From NCBI GenBank assembly GCA_017409785.1, contig JAFQSD010000004.1, positions 48,663 to 112,662 on the forward strand: a DNA stretch of 64,000 nt, written 5' to 3'. The notes under the pieces are model-generated. The model did not search any database. It worked only from the letters and a program-made list of their open reading frames with translations, and had not been told where the DNA came from. This document shows positions 63,504-64,000 of the stretch, piece by piece. Source of the stretch: Bacilli bacterium (GTDB lineage: Bacteria; Bacillota_I; Bacilli_A; RF39; UBA660). The position numbers were made by a program, and so were the translations under genes. Positions within the stretch are counted from its first letter, which is position 1. Every line of letters begins with the position of its first letter.

Positions 63504-64000
63504 ATGAAGAATATATTAATAGGAATATCTTGGCCATTTGCAAACGGAGATTTGCATATAGGCCATGCAGCAAGTAGTTTGCCAGGAGATGTTATCGCAA
63601 GATATCATCGATTAAAAGGAAATAATGTAATATTAGTATCAGGGAGTGATTGCCATGGCACTCCAATTGATGTTAAAGCATTACAAGAAAACAAAAGTGC
63701 CAAAGAAATAGTCGATCTTTGTCATGAAAATTTTACAAGAGACTGGAAAAATCTAGGAGTAAGTTTTGATCTCTATAACAGAACAGATGATGAATACCAT
63801 AAAAACTTTGTAAAAAAACAATTTAAAAAATATTATGAATATGGTTATCTTTATGAACAACAAGAAGAACAACTATTCTGTAGTCATTGTAATTTATTTT
63901 TAGCTGATCGTTACATAGTAGGAGTATGTCCGAAATGTGGTTCTAATATTAAAGGAGATGAATGTGAGAAATGTGGAAGTCTTTTAGAAATAAAAGATGT
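63504..64000 (+). CDS. metG: methionyl-tRNA synthetase (3'-truncated by the window end)
   Basis: HIGH motif (DLHIGHA) and zinc knuckle CPKCGS...CEKCGS; the ORF runs off the window. Confidence 0.8.
   Translation, partial: MKNILIGISWPFANGDLHIGHAASSLPGDVIARYHRLKGNNVILVSGSDCHGTPIDVKALQENKSAKEIVDLCHENFTRDWKNLGVSFDLYNRTDDEYHKNFVKKQFKKYYEYGYLYEQQEEQLFCSHCNLFLADRYIVGVCPKCGSNIKGDECEKCGSLLEIKD

Noticed and set aside
1-64000. CRISPR arrays, rRNA/tRNA genes, and IS or transposase/integrase genes
   Set aside because: There are no regularly spaced direct repeats, no tRNA-like cloverleaf candidates or rRNA-like GC-rich blocks, and no transposase, recombinase or integrase motifs in any frame.

Overview
This is an AT-rich (roughly 70% A+T) Firmicutes-type chromosomal segment. 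Almost every gene lies on the + strand, and there are many short overlaps or gaps that suggest translational coupling. Three promoters match the TTGACA-17-TATAAT consensus almost perfectly. There are many clean rho-independent terminators.

Content from left to right:
(1) 1-13.6 kb is a cell-surface glycan locus. It has a 5'-truncated membrane protein, a Wzy/O-antigen-ligase-like membrane protein, six glycosyltransferases (GT2 and GT4, one with two GT2 domains), the three-enzyme UDP-L-FucNAc pathway (CapE/FnlA, CapF/FnlB, CapG/FnlC homologues), and an ABC-2 Wzm/Wzt-type exporter.
(2) 13.7-17.7 kb holds envelope genes: a DagK/YegS lipid kinase, membrane proteins, a FemAB-family transferase and a TSCPD-domain protein.
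(3) 17.7-24.9 kb holds a candidate small RNA, a RhuM-Doc/Fic protein, a fusion of a PfkB sugar kinase with an inositol-monophosphatase-fold domain, a CPC-motif P1B ATPase, a GH25 muramidase, an S4-domain protein and an ASCH protein.
(4) 24.9-30.9 kb holds two paralogous secreted proteins with TasA/camelysin-like (SipW-cognate-like) signal peptides. The promoter of one carries a G8 tract inside its -35/-10 spacer, a candidate phase-variation switch. Between and after them are a small acidic protein, a lipoprotein, a NUDIX hydrolase and a translationally coupled M16 peptidase pair.
(5) 30.9-43.4 kb holds TrkH/TrkA, assorted hydrolases and peptidase-like proteins, AdhE coupled to an APH-like kinase, and a long Prs (PRPP synthetase) paralogue.
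(6) 43.5-52.3 kb holds a LysR regulator, a minimal RlmN/Cfr-like radical SAM protein with an odd Thr-rich small protein, and an uncharacterised operon (976-aa protein, 229-aa protein, HD hydrolase, HTH-WYL regulator) followed by a SIS-like protein.
(7) 52.3-54.6 kb holds an ABC exporter behind a consensus promoter and a roughly 200-nt leader that encodes a 14-codon leader peptide.
(8) 54.7-60.1 kb holds a DHH/DHHA1 phosphoesterase, a repeat-containing protein, a DUF362 protein, and a NifS - ferredoxin/thioredoxin-like - small radical SAM operon.
(9) 60.1-64.0 kb holds a T-box leader plus a Tyr-rich upstream ORF in front of tyrS, a leader-peptide/terminator attenuator in front of pyrH, a secreted protein, and a second T-box in front of a partial metG.

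I found no rRNA, tRNA or CRISPR array, and no transposase or integrase.
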